64,000 bases of DNA from an uncultured bacterium (lineage in GTDB: Bacteria > Chloroflexota > UBA5177 > JANWHV01). The position numbers were made by a program, and so were the translations under genes. A model generated the notes under the pieces. It saw only the letters and a program-made list of their open reading frames with translations, made no database searches and was not told the origin of the DNA. The stretch lies in the NCBI GenBank assembly GCA_963729625.1, contig CAVSOU010000010.1, positions 704,001 through 768,000 of the forward strand. Reading direction: 5' to 3'. Below, piece after piece: positions 9,067-18,489 of the stretch (its first letter is position 1; the number at the start of each line of letters is the position of its first letter).

Positions 9067-10677
9067 GTGCAAAAGGGTGACCAGTTCAAAGCCGGTCTTG
9101 GGGCGCAGGAATCGCTGCAGCGCGGTCTCGCGCTGGTCGAGCGCGTGCTTGGTCCCACGCTTGGCCCCCTGGGAACTCCTGTCCTCGTCGCTCGGATTGG
9201 GCGACCCAATGAGCCGCCCGAAGTGCTCAGCGATGCTGGGATCCTGGCCTTGCGCTTGACCGGGATCCCCGAGCCGTGCGCCAATGTCGGCCTGATGCTC
9301 AACCGGCAAGTGGCCTGGAAGCTGCGCAGCGAGATGGGCGATGGCAGCGCCACCGCCAGCGTGATCTGCGCGGCGACGCACCGTGGACTCTTGACGGCCA
9401 CGACGGCAGGAGCGGACCCAAGGAGACTGCGAAGCGGCGTCGAGCACGCCGTTGAGCTGGTCTCTCGGGCCATTACGGCGTCGGCGCGGCCGCTGAGCTC
9501 TGGCGAGGCCGAGCGATTCGTAGCCGCGTCGAGCGGCGATCCGCGGCTCGTGCCGGTTGTTACTGAAGCTATAGCCCTGTTGGGACCGGATGCCGTGATT
9601 ACGGTCCGAGACTCACCGCGCGATACGCCGGAGCTGCAGATTGTCGAGGGCGCGCTGTGGGAATCGGGGCTCGTATCGAGCCAGTTTGGCGACGGTGGCA
9701 TGGGCGAAGACCTCGTCCTGGACCGTCCGCGCGTTCTCATTTGGGATGAGAAGCTTGAGGATGCCGCGCCGCTGATCGACACACTGGAGTGCCTGCGCTG
9801 GAACGGCGTACGCAGCCTGCTCCTCGTGGCACGAACAGTGGGTCCGGCGGTAATGGCGCTGCTTGCCGCCAACAACAAGCCCGACTTTCGCTTGGCGGCC
9901 GTCAACGCGCCCTATGAAGGCAACAACCTGGAATGGGCCCTCGCGGACCTGGCGGCGCTGACGGGCGCACGGGTGCTGGCACCAGAGCGTGGTGACACGC
10001 TGAAAAGACTTGACATGGGAGCTGTCGGCAGGGCACAGCGTGCGATAGTTGGGCGTGGATTCTTCAATGTCTTTCCTCTGGATGCTGCGTCAGAGGCAGT
10101 CGCGCGCCAGGTGGCATCCGTACGGTACAGGCTTTCCGAGAGCGAGAACGAGAGCGAGCGTGGCGCATTGTGGAGCCGCTTGGGACGGCTCGCAGGGGGT
10201 ATGGGCGTCGTGTGGGTCGGCGGTCACAACGAGGAAGAGCGTCTGCAACGGCGGCGGGCGACGGAGCGGACGGTTGCCGGTTTGCGGGCCGCCGTGGACG
10301 GTGGTGTCGTTCCGGGTGCCGGCGCCACGTATCTGGCAGTCGCACGCTGCCTGTCAGGCAGTACGACACACGACGAGGATCTTGGTGTCGCCGCGGTGGC
10401 AGCAGCGCTGACCGCGCCGGCACGGTGGATCGCGCGCAACGCTGGGTTGGATCCCATTGCGGCTGTGGCAGAGGCAAGAGCGGTCGCGCCCGACCAGGGC
10501 ATCGACGGAGTAACTGGGACCCTTGTCCACCTGCGGTCTGCGGGAATCGTTGACCCGGCACTGACGCTGATACGTGCCGTCTCGGTCGGCGCTACCGCTG
10601 CGGCCATGGCAATAACCGGCGAGGTGCTTGTCGTGCGTCCATACCTACGGATCACGTCAGCGGATATACGCCCATGA
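9067..10677 (+). CDS. divergent chaperonin-60 (GroEL)-like protein
   Basis: Full-length Cpn60 layout: PTLGPLG, GDGSATA, IVEGALWESG, AVNAP, LADLAALTGA, RLGRLAGG, GVVPGAG, IARNAG, GIVDPA. GTG at 9067, 10 nt after the permease stop. Confidence 0.88.
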   Translation: MQKGDQFKAGLGAQESLQRGLALVERVLGPTLGPLGTPVLVARIGRPNEPPEVLSDAGILALRLTGIPEPCANVGLMLNRQVAWKLRSEMGDGSATASVICAATHRGLLTATTAGADPRRLRSGVEHAVELVSRAITASARPLSSGEAERFVAASSGDPRLVPVVTEAIALLGPDAVITVRDSPRDTPELQIVEGALWESGLVSSQFGDGGMGEDLVLDRPRVLIWDEKLEDAAPLIDTLECLRWNGVRSLLLVARTVGPAVMALLAANNKPDFRLAAVNAPYEGNNLEWALADLAALTGARVLAPERGDTLKRLDMGAVGRAQRAIVGRGFFNVFPLDAASEAVARQVASVRYRLSESENESERGALWSRLGRLAGGMGVVWVGGHNEEERLQRRRATERTVAGLRAAVDGGVVPGAGATYLAVARCLSGSTTHDEDLGVAAVAAALTAPARWIARNAGLDPIAAVAEARAVAPDQGIDGVTGTLVHLRSAGIVDPALTLIRAVSVGATAAAMAITGEVLVVRPYLRITSADIRP

Positions 10678-12464
10678 GTACATCGTGGGCGCTCCGCGGC
10701 CAGGTCGACGCGTCGTCGATCACACACATCGCCATCTCACCTAGCTTCTCACAAGACAAGACGCTGCTGGTAGGAACCCTCGCCGGAGTGTCCGTCAGCC
10801 GCGACGCCGGAGCGTCGTGGGAAACCCCGGCCCGAGGCATCGTGGGGCCGTTCATCCGGGACGTTGCCCTCTCGCCCACGTTCGCGGTCGACGGCGTCAT
10901 GTACGCCACCGCCCCTGGCGGCTTCTTCCGCTCACCCGACCGCGGGCGGGAGTGGCAGGCGGCGACACAGGCGTCGCTTTCAGGCTTGCTTGCCATCGCT
11001 CCCGACGGGACCTTGTATCTCGTGCCTGACGGAGATACCTGCGTGTGGCGTGGCGCCGCTGCCGGCCGGTGCGAACCTGTCGGTCACCTCCCTGGTGTTC
11101 CGCTCACTCTGGCTGCAGATGCCGTGGCAGGTATCCTGTGGGCAATCACAGAGAAAGGCGTGACCCGGAGCCACGATGGCGGCAGTTCCTGGCATCAGCT
11201 CAACCTTCCTGCCGCGGCGCACTGCCAGGCGTTGGCCACATGTGGCCCGGAAAGCGTGGCCGTTGGCACGGAGGAGACGGGCGTGTTGCTGTATCGCCGT
11301 GACGGCGCCTGGGAACTACCGGCAACGGTGAGCGGACTAGGCGTGACGGCGCTTGCTGCTAGCCACGACGGAGCTACCGTTGCCGCGGGTACGCAGGAGG
11401 GTGTCTTCATATCCTCCGATGCAGGCCGCACCTGGGCCGCACCGACCGAAACCGTACCGGTCCTCAGCCTTGCCATGACGCCCGACGCGGGGTACGTCTT
11501 TGCTGGCCTGGCGGGTGGTGGTTGTCACCGCTTGGCCAATCTCGGTTCTGAGTGGAAGGCATTGCCGGGAATCGGTGGGGCCCTTATCGCAGACCTTCAT
11601 GCCAAGTCAGAAAAGGCGATCGTGCGCACCGTGGATGGTATCATCGCGCGATCGGGCGACGGCGGCCGTACCTGGAGCATGGCGCCTCTATCGGTGCCGG
11701 CGCAGGCTGTTGCCGTGGCTGCAGATACGGGCGACGGATTTGCGGTAGCAACCGACGATGGAGTCATGTGCGAAGGATTGCATCTCAGACCGCCTGTTCG
11801 AGCGGAAATTCGAGGCCTAGCAATCGTCGACGATCCAGTTGCCTGCCCGCTTATCGCAGTGGCCGATGCAGGCGAGGTCGTGCTTTCAGGCGATCGGGGG
11901 GAAACCTGGACGAGCAATACCCCTGTCCTGGAAACTGGGCAGGAAATCGTAGAGATTGCGTTCGGTCGGCCCGGCACCCAGGCAGGGCCGCTGCTCGCCG
12001 TGGCGACGCTTGCCCCGGATGGCATGGGAGAACTGTGGCTCCGTACCCAAGAGGGTACATGGCGACGGTCAGTGGCCCACCATGCGGGGGCAGCAGGCGT
12101 ACACCTTGCGGCGGTTGGCGGTCCACGTGGCATCTTTTTCGCTGCCGGCGCCACCATCTACCGGCCCGCTCGCGTTGGAGCACTGGTGTTTTCCGGAGAA
12201 TCATTGGGTAGCTTGAACGGCGGTTCGGTACTGCAGCTTGCGGCTATTCGGGAACCGTCCGGCACTGTGACCCTTGCCGCTCTCAGTACCGGGGGCGTCT
12301 ACCTGTCGCGCGACGGCGGGCTCAGTTGGTCGGAGCACCCAACCCCCGGTGGGCCGCCTATCACCGCGATCGCGCTTCGCCCCGCGTTGGAAGCGGTTGA
12401 GGTGCTCGTTACGCACGTGGGGGGCAGTGTATCGGCGGCCTCGGTGGGATTCGCGCTGGCGTAG
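10674..12464 (+). CDS. BNR/Asp-box repeat beta-propeller protein
   Basis: Seven S-x-D-x-G-x-x-W boxes (SRDAGASW, SPDRGREW, SHDGGSSW, SSDAGRTW, SGDGGRTW, SGDRGETW, SRDGGLSW); ATGA overlap with the GroEL-like stop; no signal peptide. Confidence 0.88.
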   Translation: MSTSWALRGQVDASSITHIAISPSFSQDKTLLVGTLAGVSVSRDAGASWETPARGIVGPFIRDVALSPTFAVDGVMYATAPGGFFRSPDRGREWQAATQASLSGLLAIAPDGTLYLVPDGDTCVWRGAAAGRCEPVGHLPGVPLTLAADAVAGILWAITEKGVTRSHDGGSSWHQLNLPAAAHCQALATCGPESVAVGTEETGVLLYRRDGAWELPATVSGLGVTALAASHDGATVAAGTQEGVFISSDAGRTWAAPTETVPVLSLAMTPDAGYVFAGLAGGGCHRLANLGSEWKALPGIGGALIADLHAKSEKAIVRTVDGIIARSGDGGRTWSMAPLSVPAQAVAVAADTGDGFAVATDDGVMCEGLHLRPPVRAEIRGLAIVDDPVACPLIAVADAGEVVLSGDRGETWTSNTPVLETGQEIVEIAFGRPGTQAGPLLAVATLAPDGMGELWLRTQEGTWRRSVAHHAGAAGVHLAAVGGPRGIFFAAGATIYRPARVGALVFSGESLGSLNGGSVLQLAAIREPSGTVTLAALSTGGVYLSRDGGLSWSEHPTPGGPPITAIALRPALEAVEVLVTHVGGSVSAASVGFALA

Positions 12465-12508
12465 TCGTGCTCGCCGGCTGCTGCGGCGAGAAATGGAGAG
12501 GCGTGTCA

Positions 12509-13561
12509 ATGGTAGTGCAAGAGAACCGTACACGGATGAGCCTTGCGCAGGTCTGTGCGCGCCGCACGGGGATGGTCAACGGGCTTTGGCCGCACGATGC
12601 CTACCCCGAGCTGCCCACCCTCCAGCCCGGTGCGACGGTGACCATCGCCGACATCAAAGGGCCGGCCGTCATCACGTGCCTGCATATGGCACAATTCAGG
12701 GATCCCATCGCCTATCGCGGCGTTGTCTTGAGGATCTTCTGGGATCACGAGACACGGCCAGCCGTGGAGTGTCCACTGGCAGATTTCTTCGCGGACGGCT
12801 TGCAAGGCAAGAGCGCGTTCTTTTCCACGCCTTTCATGGAGAAGGCCCCTCACTCATACAACTGCTATCTGCCCATGCCGTTCCGCCATCAGGCACGAAT
12901 CGAGCTTACAAATGAGACGGATCGGGTGCTCAACGGCTACTCGACCGTGGAGTATGAGACGCTGCCCGACTGGCCGGAGGACTACGGCTACCTGCACGCG
13001 ACGTGGGATCGACGCACCGTCTATATCCCTCGCGAGGTCTTGCCGCTGGCCGATCTGCATGGGCGTGGCCACTATGTCGGCGCCAATCTGAGCATTACCA
13101 GCACCGAGCCCGATTTCGCGGGTGCCCAGTTCGTGATGGAGGGCAACGACGAGCACTTCATCGACGGTGAAGAACACCAGTCGCTCGACTACCTTGGTAC
13201 CGAAGACTACTTCAGTTTCTCTTGGGGCTTCCAGCAGCCCTTCACAGGCCTGCACGCCGGGATCACCCACGTGAACCATGAGATACTGCCCTTTGAGCTG
13301 GCGGTATACCGGTTCCGTGACGGCAACGTGATCCGCTTCGAAAAATCATTGCGGATCCAGGTGAACTGGGCTTGGGAGTTCCTCCGTTATGGACCGGAGA
13401 CCTCGGCACGCCAACTGCGCGACAAGCTTGACGCGGCCGGTGGCCGGCCGATCGACGTCGCCTCGACCATCTACTGGTACCGGCTTCCGGGAAGCGGGCA
13501 CGTGGACCACAAGCCCCTCCCGGCACTCGAAGACCGGCTCAGTCTGCTAGGAGGTGTGTAA
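12509..13561 (+). CDS. second, divergent DUF2961 / GH172-like protein
   Basis: IADIKGPAVI, LRIFWD, VECPLADFF, NCYLPMPF, MEGNDEHFIDGE, LGTEDYFSFSWGF; ATG at 12509 after GGAGAGG. Confidence 0.85.
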   Translation: MVVQENRTRMSLAQVCARRTGMVNGLWPHDAYPELPTLQPGATVTIADIKGPAVITCLHMAQFRDPIAYRGVVLRIFWDHETRPAVECPLADFFADGLQGKSAFFSTPFMEKAPHSYNCYLPMPFRHQARIELTNETDRVLNGYSTVEYETLPDWPEDYGYLHATWDRRTVYIPREVLPLADLHGRGHYVGANLSITSTEPDFAGAQFVMEGNDEHFIDGEEHQSLDYLGTEDYFSFSWGFQQPFTGLHAGITHVNHEILPFELAVYRFRDGNVIRFEKSLRIQVNWAWEFLRYGPETSARQLRDKLDAAGGRPIDVASTIYWYRLPGSGHVDHKPLPALEDRLSLLGGV

Positions 13562-13669
13562 TGTGCCAGCTCGACCCTGTTGGGCCAGGTAGCCGAGGGC
13601 TCGGTAGAGTGCCGCGGCGGTGCGCGTGGCAAGCTTTAGCGGCCGTGACAGCCAACAAGTGGATGGAGA

Positions 13670-14044
13670 ATGGTGATGCCTCAGACCCCGCGTGAGGTTG
13701 CAGAGTCGTACTGGCGCGCAGAATGCGACCGCGATATCGAGGCAGTCTTGTCACACTTTCATGAGGACGCGGAGTTCCGGCCTGCGGGGCAGATCTTGCG
13801 TGGTCATGCTGAGATACGCACCTTTTACGAGGATTCGTGCGCACGTTTTCCCAGCCTCGAGAACACGATCGTGCATGGGATCGAAAGTGGGAGCGAGGGA
13901 GCGTTTGAGTGGGACGCTGTCTTGGTAGACCGTGACGGTGGGCGTCTCCGGCTGACAGGCGTGAATGTTGTGCGGGTTGAGGACGGCAAGTTCCGCTGGG
14001 TCCATGCCTACTTCGACGCAGGCAGCTATCGGGCTGTCTCTTAG
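13670..14044 (+). CDS. SnoaL/NTF2-like protein
   Basis: 124 aa; DIEAVLSHFHEDA, GHAEIRTFY, VEDGKF...YFD. Confidence 0.85.
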   Translation: MVMPQTPREVAESYWRAECDRDIEAVLSHFHEDAEFRPAGQILRGHAEIRTFYEDSCARFPSLENTIVHGIESGSEGAFEWDAVLVDRDGGRLRLTGVNVVRVEDGKFRWVHAYFDAGSYRAVS

Positions 14045-14107
14045 CGGGTCGCCAGCGAGCACATCTCTGGGGGCCGATCATGGCACGCGTAGCGAGGGAG
14101 AAACATT

Positions 14108-15193
14108 GTGAAGATCACAAAGGCGCGCGCCTACCTGTGTGACGTGAAGGTCGAACGCCCGCGCACGGACGCAATCCAGGCATTCGTCAAGCAGGAAACT
14201 ATCCTCGTCGAGATCGAGACGGACGAGGGCCTGTCCGGTACGGGCTACGCCTATACCATCGGAACGGGCGGGCGGGCAGTGCGCGAGCTATTGCAGTGCG
14301 ACCTCCTGCATCTTCTCATCGGTGAAGACGCGCGCCAGATTGAAGCGCTGTGGCAGAAGCTTTTCTGGGCCACGCACGGTACAACCGTTGGCGTGACTAC
14401 CAGCCTGGCGCTCGCCGCCGTCGACACTGCTCTGTGGGATATCCGCTGCCTCGCGGCGAACCAACCCCTTTGGATGCTCGCGGGTGGCGTGAGTCCCCGG
14501 ATTCCGCTCTATGATACGGAGGGCGGGTGGCTCCATCTGACCACCGAGGAGCTCGTCGCTGCAGCAGTCCTCTCCCGAGACCAGGGATGGCCCGGAGTGA
14601 AGCTCAAGATTGGCAAGCCAGATCTCGTGGAAGATGCCGAGCGCCTCCAGGCGGTCCGGGCTGCTGTTGGCCCGCGCATGCACATCATGGTTGATGCCAA
14701 CCAGTCCATGACCTTTTCCCAGGCTAAACGCTGGGCGCACATGCTCGAGCAAGCCGACGTGTTCTGGTTTGAGGAGCCGCTACCCGCCGACGACATTACG
14801 GGACACGCCCGTCTTGCCAGCTCCACGAGTCTGCCTATTGCCGTGGGTGAGAGCCTGTATTCGGTGAGCCACTTTCGCGAATACCTCGCCGCGGGAGCGG
14901 CCGGCGTCCTGCAAGTGGACGCGGCCCGCATTGGAGGCATTACGCCCTGGCTGAAGGTCGCGCATCTTGCGGAGGCCTTCAACGTCAAGGTGGCGCCGCA
15001 TTTCCTCATGGAGCTGCATGTGAGCTTGGCTGCAGCAATCCCAAATGCGCTTTACGTCGAGCACATTCCCCAATTACGGGCGCTGACACTGCGGGAGGTC
15101 GCAGTGGAAGGCGGCCAAGCCGTAGCCCCGAACGATCCGGGGCTGGGGATCGCGTGGAACCGCGACGCGATTGAGCGCCTGCGTGTTGACTGA
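14108..15193 (+). CDS. mandelate racemase/muconate lactonizing enzyme family (enolase superfamily), probable acid-sugar dehydratase or isomerase
   Basis: AAVDTALWD, KLKIG (KxK), MVDANQ, WFEEP, VGESL metal ligands, VAPH. Confidence 0.92.
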   Translation: MKITKARAYLCDVKVERPRTDAIQAFVKQETILVEIETDEGLSGTGYAYTIGTGGRAVRELLQCDLLHLLIGEDARQIEALWQKLFWATHGTTVGVTTSLALAAVDTALWDIRCLAANQPLWMLAGGVSPRIPLYDTEGGWLHLTTEELVAAAVLSRDQGWPGVKLKIGKPDLVEDAERLQAVRAAVGPRMHIMVDANQSMTFSQAKRWAHMLEQADVFWFEEPLPADDITGHARLASSTSLPIAVGESLYSVSHFREYLAAGAAGVLQVDAARIGGITPWLKVAHLAEAFNVKVAPHFLMELHVSLAAAIPNALYVEHIPQLRALTLREVAVEGGQAVAPNDPGLGIAWNRDAIERLRVD

Positions 15194-15270
15194 GGCTGCC
15201 GTATGTTGACCTCAGTTTCCGGCGCATCGAGATGCTTGCGACCCGCGGTCAGGTGGTGGAGGGAGGCGGC

Positions 15271-16530
15271 ATGGACTCACGCGGCCGCGTACTGGCGGCG
15301 CTGAACCACCAAGAGACGGACCGGGTGCCCATCGACCTCTCCGGGTACAAATCGTCGGGCATCGCCGCAATCGCGTATCGTAAGCTCAGGAGGTATCTCG
15401 GTCTCGAAGAGCGACCTATCCGCGTGTACGACATCCAGCAGCAGCTCGCTATCGTGCATGAAGATGTCCTCGACCGCTTCGGCGTTGACACCATTGAGCT
15501 AGGGCGTGGGTTTGCACTCAACGACGCCAACTGGGCGGACTGGGTACTGCCGGACGGCACGCCATGTCAGGTACCGACCTGGACGGCGCCCGAACGCGTC
15601 GACCTCGGCTGGGTGATTCGATCCAAGACGGGACGAGTCATCGCGCGGATGCCGGACGGGGCTCTGTACTTCGAATCGGCCTACTTCCCGTTTGCGGAAA
15701 GTGGGCCGGATCACACGGATCTCGAAGCCGCCATGGCGGAATGCATGTGGAGCATCCCCTCGCCGCCGGGACCGCTGGTCGATGGGCTCAATGGCGAGAG
15801 ACTGCTCACTGAAGGCGCTCGACGACTTCGTGAAAGCACCGATCGGGCGATTCTGGGTCTCTTTGGCGGCAATTTGATGGAGTGGGGCCAGTTCCTGTAC
15901 CGGAACGATAACTTCCTGGCGCTGCTTGCCGCGGAGCCGGACCACGCCCATGATGTCTTGGAACGCCTCACGCGGATCCACCTGGCAAATCTGGAGAAAT
16001 ACCTCGGCCTTGTCGGGCCATACATCGACGTTATTGTCTTCGGCGACGACCTTGGGATGCAGTCCGGCCCCCAAATCTCACCCCGGATGTATCGAGAGTT
16101 CTTCAAGCCGCGCCATGCCCGCTTGTGGCAGCGTGCCAAGCAGCTTGCCGACGCCAAGGTGATGCTGCACTGCTGCGGTGGGGTACGGCCTCTCCTGCCT
16201 GACCTGATCGACGCCGGCCTCGACGCCATCAACCCGGTGCAGATCAGCTGTCGGGGCATGGAGGCCAGCGGGCTCAAGCGAGATTTCGGCAACAGTATTA
16301 CGTTCTGGGGTGGGGGCTGCGACACCCAATGGATGCTCTCGCATGCTACGGCCGATCAGGTTCGGGACCACGTCGAGGAGCAGATTGAGATCTTGCGACC
16401 CAGCGGTGGCTTCGTGTTCCAGCAGGTCCACAACATCCTGGCGGATGTGCCGCCGCAGAATATCGTGGCCATGCTCGACACTGCTCGCAGCCTCGTTCGG
16501 TCCGCGGCACCACGGTCCCGACCGGGCTGA
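15271..16530 (+). CDS. uroporphyrinogen decarboxylase (UroD/MtaA-like) family protein
   Basis: LNHQETDRVP, FGDDLG, FFKP, LHCCG, NPVQ, FWGGGCDTQ, GGFVFQQVHNI...VPPQNI. Confidence 0.9.
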   Translation: MDSRGRVLAALNHQETDRVPIDLSGYKSSGIAAIAYRKLRRYLGLEERPIRVYDIQQQLAIVHEDVLDRFGVDTIELGRGFALNDANWADWVLPDGTPCQVPTWTAPERVDLGWVIRSKTGRVIARMPDGALYFESAYFPFAESGPDHTDLEAAMAECMWSIPSPPGPLVDGLNGERLLTEGARRLRESTDRAILGLFGGNLMEWGQFLYRNDNFLALLAAEPDHAHDVLERLTRIHLANLEKYLGLVGPYIDVIVFGDDLGMQSGPQISPRMYREFFKPRHARLWQRAKQLADAKVMLHCCGGVRPLLPDLIDAGLDAINPVQISCRGMEASGLKRDFGNSITFWGGGCDTQWMLSHATADQVRDHVEEQIEILRPSGGFVFQQVHNILADVPPQNIVAMLDTARSLVRSAAPRSRPG

Positions 16531-16693
16531 TATCGCGCGACTGGGCTGGAAGCAAGAGGATTCGACTCAATGCGCACAACAATGAACGCCGGGAAGCAAG
16601 AGAAGGGCGGCCGCTTGAGTCTGGGTCCGGAGCGGGATAGGCGTCGTTTGCTGACCGCGGCGGCGACTGACAGGACGGCACGAGGACGGTGCG

Positions 16694-17560
16694 ATGCCCG
16701 ACTTTCCGATCGTTGATGCACACGTTCACCTGTGGGACCCGTTGCACTTCCCTGTTGGCTGGCTTGCGGGCAATGAGCGGCTTGACCGGCGCTACTCTCT
16801 CCCGGAATATCGCGCCGACACCAACTCACTCCAGATTGCGGCGATCGTCTACGTGCAGGTTGATGTCGATCCGGCATATGCGCTGCTTGAACCCCGCTGG
16901 GTCACCGACCAGGCACAGGCCGATGCTCGCCTTCAAGCGATAGTGGCGTGGGCGCCGCTTGAGCACGGCGAACACCTACGCACATATCTTACGGCAATGG
17001 CCTCAACGGACCCGCGCATCAAGGGTGTGCGTCGCAACATTCAGTCGGAGGTCGACCCAGCATATGCCGTACGCCCGGGATTCGTTCGCGGCGTGCGGCT
17101 GCTGCCCGAATTCGGCCTGTCGTGCGACCTGTGCATTGTGCATTCTCAGCTCGCAAGCGCCACCGAGCTGGTGCGCCGATGCCCCGATACGAACTTTATG
17201 CTCGATCACCTGGGAAAGCCGAACGTCAAGGAGCACGGGCTCGATCCCTGGCGCATGGAACTCGCGGCGCTTGCAGCCCTGCCCAACGTGATGTGCAAGA
17301 TCAGTGGTGTGGTGACTGAGGCGGACCATGAGCGGTGGGCGCCGGCAGACGTCGCACCGTTTATCCAGCACGCCCTCGATGTGTTCGGTGAGGATCGCGT
17401 GGTCTTTGGCAGCGACTGGCCCGTGGTGACGGAAGCGTCATCGTGCCTGAGATGGGTCGAAACACTCGACACCATGACGGCTCACCTGTCAATGAGCGCA
17501 CGGCGCAAGCTCTGGACCGGCAATGCGCGCCGGTTCTATCGGCTTCGCGACGAACCATAG
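16694..17560 (+). CDS. amidohydrolase family protein, L-fucono/sugar-lactonase-like
   Basis: IVDAHVHLWD, KGVRRNIQ, LDHLGKP, PNVMCKISG, FGEDRVVFGSDWPV, NARRFY. Confidence 0.9.
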   Translation: MPDFPIVDAHVHLWDPLHFPVGWLAGNERLDRRYSLPEYRADTNSLQIAAIVYVQVDVDPAYALLEPRWVTDQAQADARLQAIVAWAPLEHGEHLRTYLTAMASTDPRIKGVRRNIQSEVDPAYAVRPGFVRGVRLLPEFGLSCDLCIVHSQLASATELVRRCPDTNFMLDHLGKPNVKEHGLDPWRMELAALAALPNVMCKISGVVTEADHERWAPADVAPFIQHALDVFGEDRVVFGSDWPVVTEASSCLRWVETLDTMTAHLSMSARRKLWTGNARRFYRLRDEP

Positions 17561-17604
17561 CGCCGCGAAACCTCGGCTGGCGCCTGGCTTCCCGGTTGAG
17601 TTGG

Positions 17605-17614
17605 TATATCCTAT
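17605..17614. promoter_or_regulatory. candidate GntR autoregulatory site
   Basis: TATATCCTAT, exact reverse complement of 5471-5480, about 160 nt upstream of gntR. Confidence 0.4.
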
Positions 17615-17775
17615 GTTATGGTAGCTTTGACCAGGTGACAGGGGTCCGCCCGACACCAGCCATCACTGCATCGCAGCTTTCGCAACCCAGGCATGGCACG
17701 ACTTGGGGTCGGATCATAGTGCCGGCACGAACGGTTCGGACGTATCTTGCAACGCCAAAGGCGAGAACAGTGAGC

Positions 17776-18468
17776 ATGTCGACAATAATCGGACACCGCC
17801 ACACGCGGGTGCCAAAGCGACAGATTCTCACCGACAACGTGTATGAGGCCGTAACAGGCCTCATCATGGACCACCGGATCGAGCCGGGCACACGCATCAA
17901 CATCGACCAGCTGGCGCGTGATCTCGATGTATCTGCCACGCCGGTGCGCGAGGCCCTGGCTCGTTTGGAGTCAGACGGCCTGGTCACCAAGGAGCCCTTG
18001 CGCGGTTACTCCACCACCGCGTTGCTCGATTTGCCCTCCTTCCTCCAGCTCTACGAGCTGCGAGCGATCCTGGAGCCAGCATCCGCGCGTAAGGCGGCGG
18101 AGGCGCCGACGGACAATGATCTGCAATTGCTGGAGGAGCAAGTCGAAGCCATCGAGCGAGCTGAGATCGGGCACGCCTACCAGGAGTTTCGCATACTGCC
18201 AACCCAGGACGCCAGCTTCCACGACACTATCGCTCGGATGTCGGGCAACGCGTATCTGCGCGACACGCTGTCACGTTTGCATGCCCACCTGCTGCTTTAT
18301 CGCCTGGTTGAAGATCCCAACCTTGGCGGAGTCACGAGCGTAGAGCACCGCGCGATCCTGGACGCGCTGCGCGGGCGCGATCCCGATGCGGCAGCGCAGG
18401 CAATGGCCGAACACATCACGCGCTCGCAACACCGTATGTCCAGGCCGTTTGAGCCAGTGTCGAGTTGA
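17776..18468 (+). CDS. GntR family (FCD domain) transcriptional regulator
   Basis: PGTRINIDQLARDLDVSATPVREALARLESDGLV; FCD motifs DASFHDTIA, EHRAILDAL. Confidence 0.93.
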   Translation: MSTIIGHRHTRVPKRQILTDNVYEAVTGLIMDHRIEPGTRINIDQLARDLDVSATPVREALARLESDGLVTKEPLRGYSTTALLDLPSFLQLYELRAILEPASARKAAEAPTDNDLQLLEEQVEAIERAEIGHAYQEFRILPTQDASFHDTIARMSGNAYLRDTLSRLHAHLLLYRLVEDPNLGGVTSVEHRAILDALRGRDPDAAAQAMAEHITRSQHRMSRPFEPVSS

Positions 18469-18489
18469 GGGCCGAGGGAGGCGAGGACC

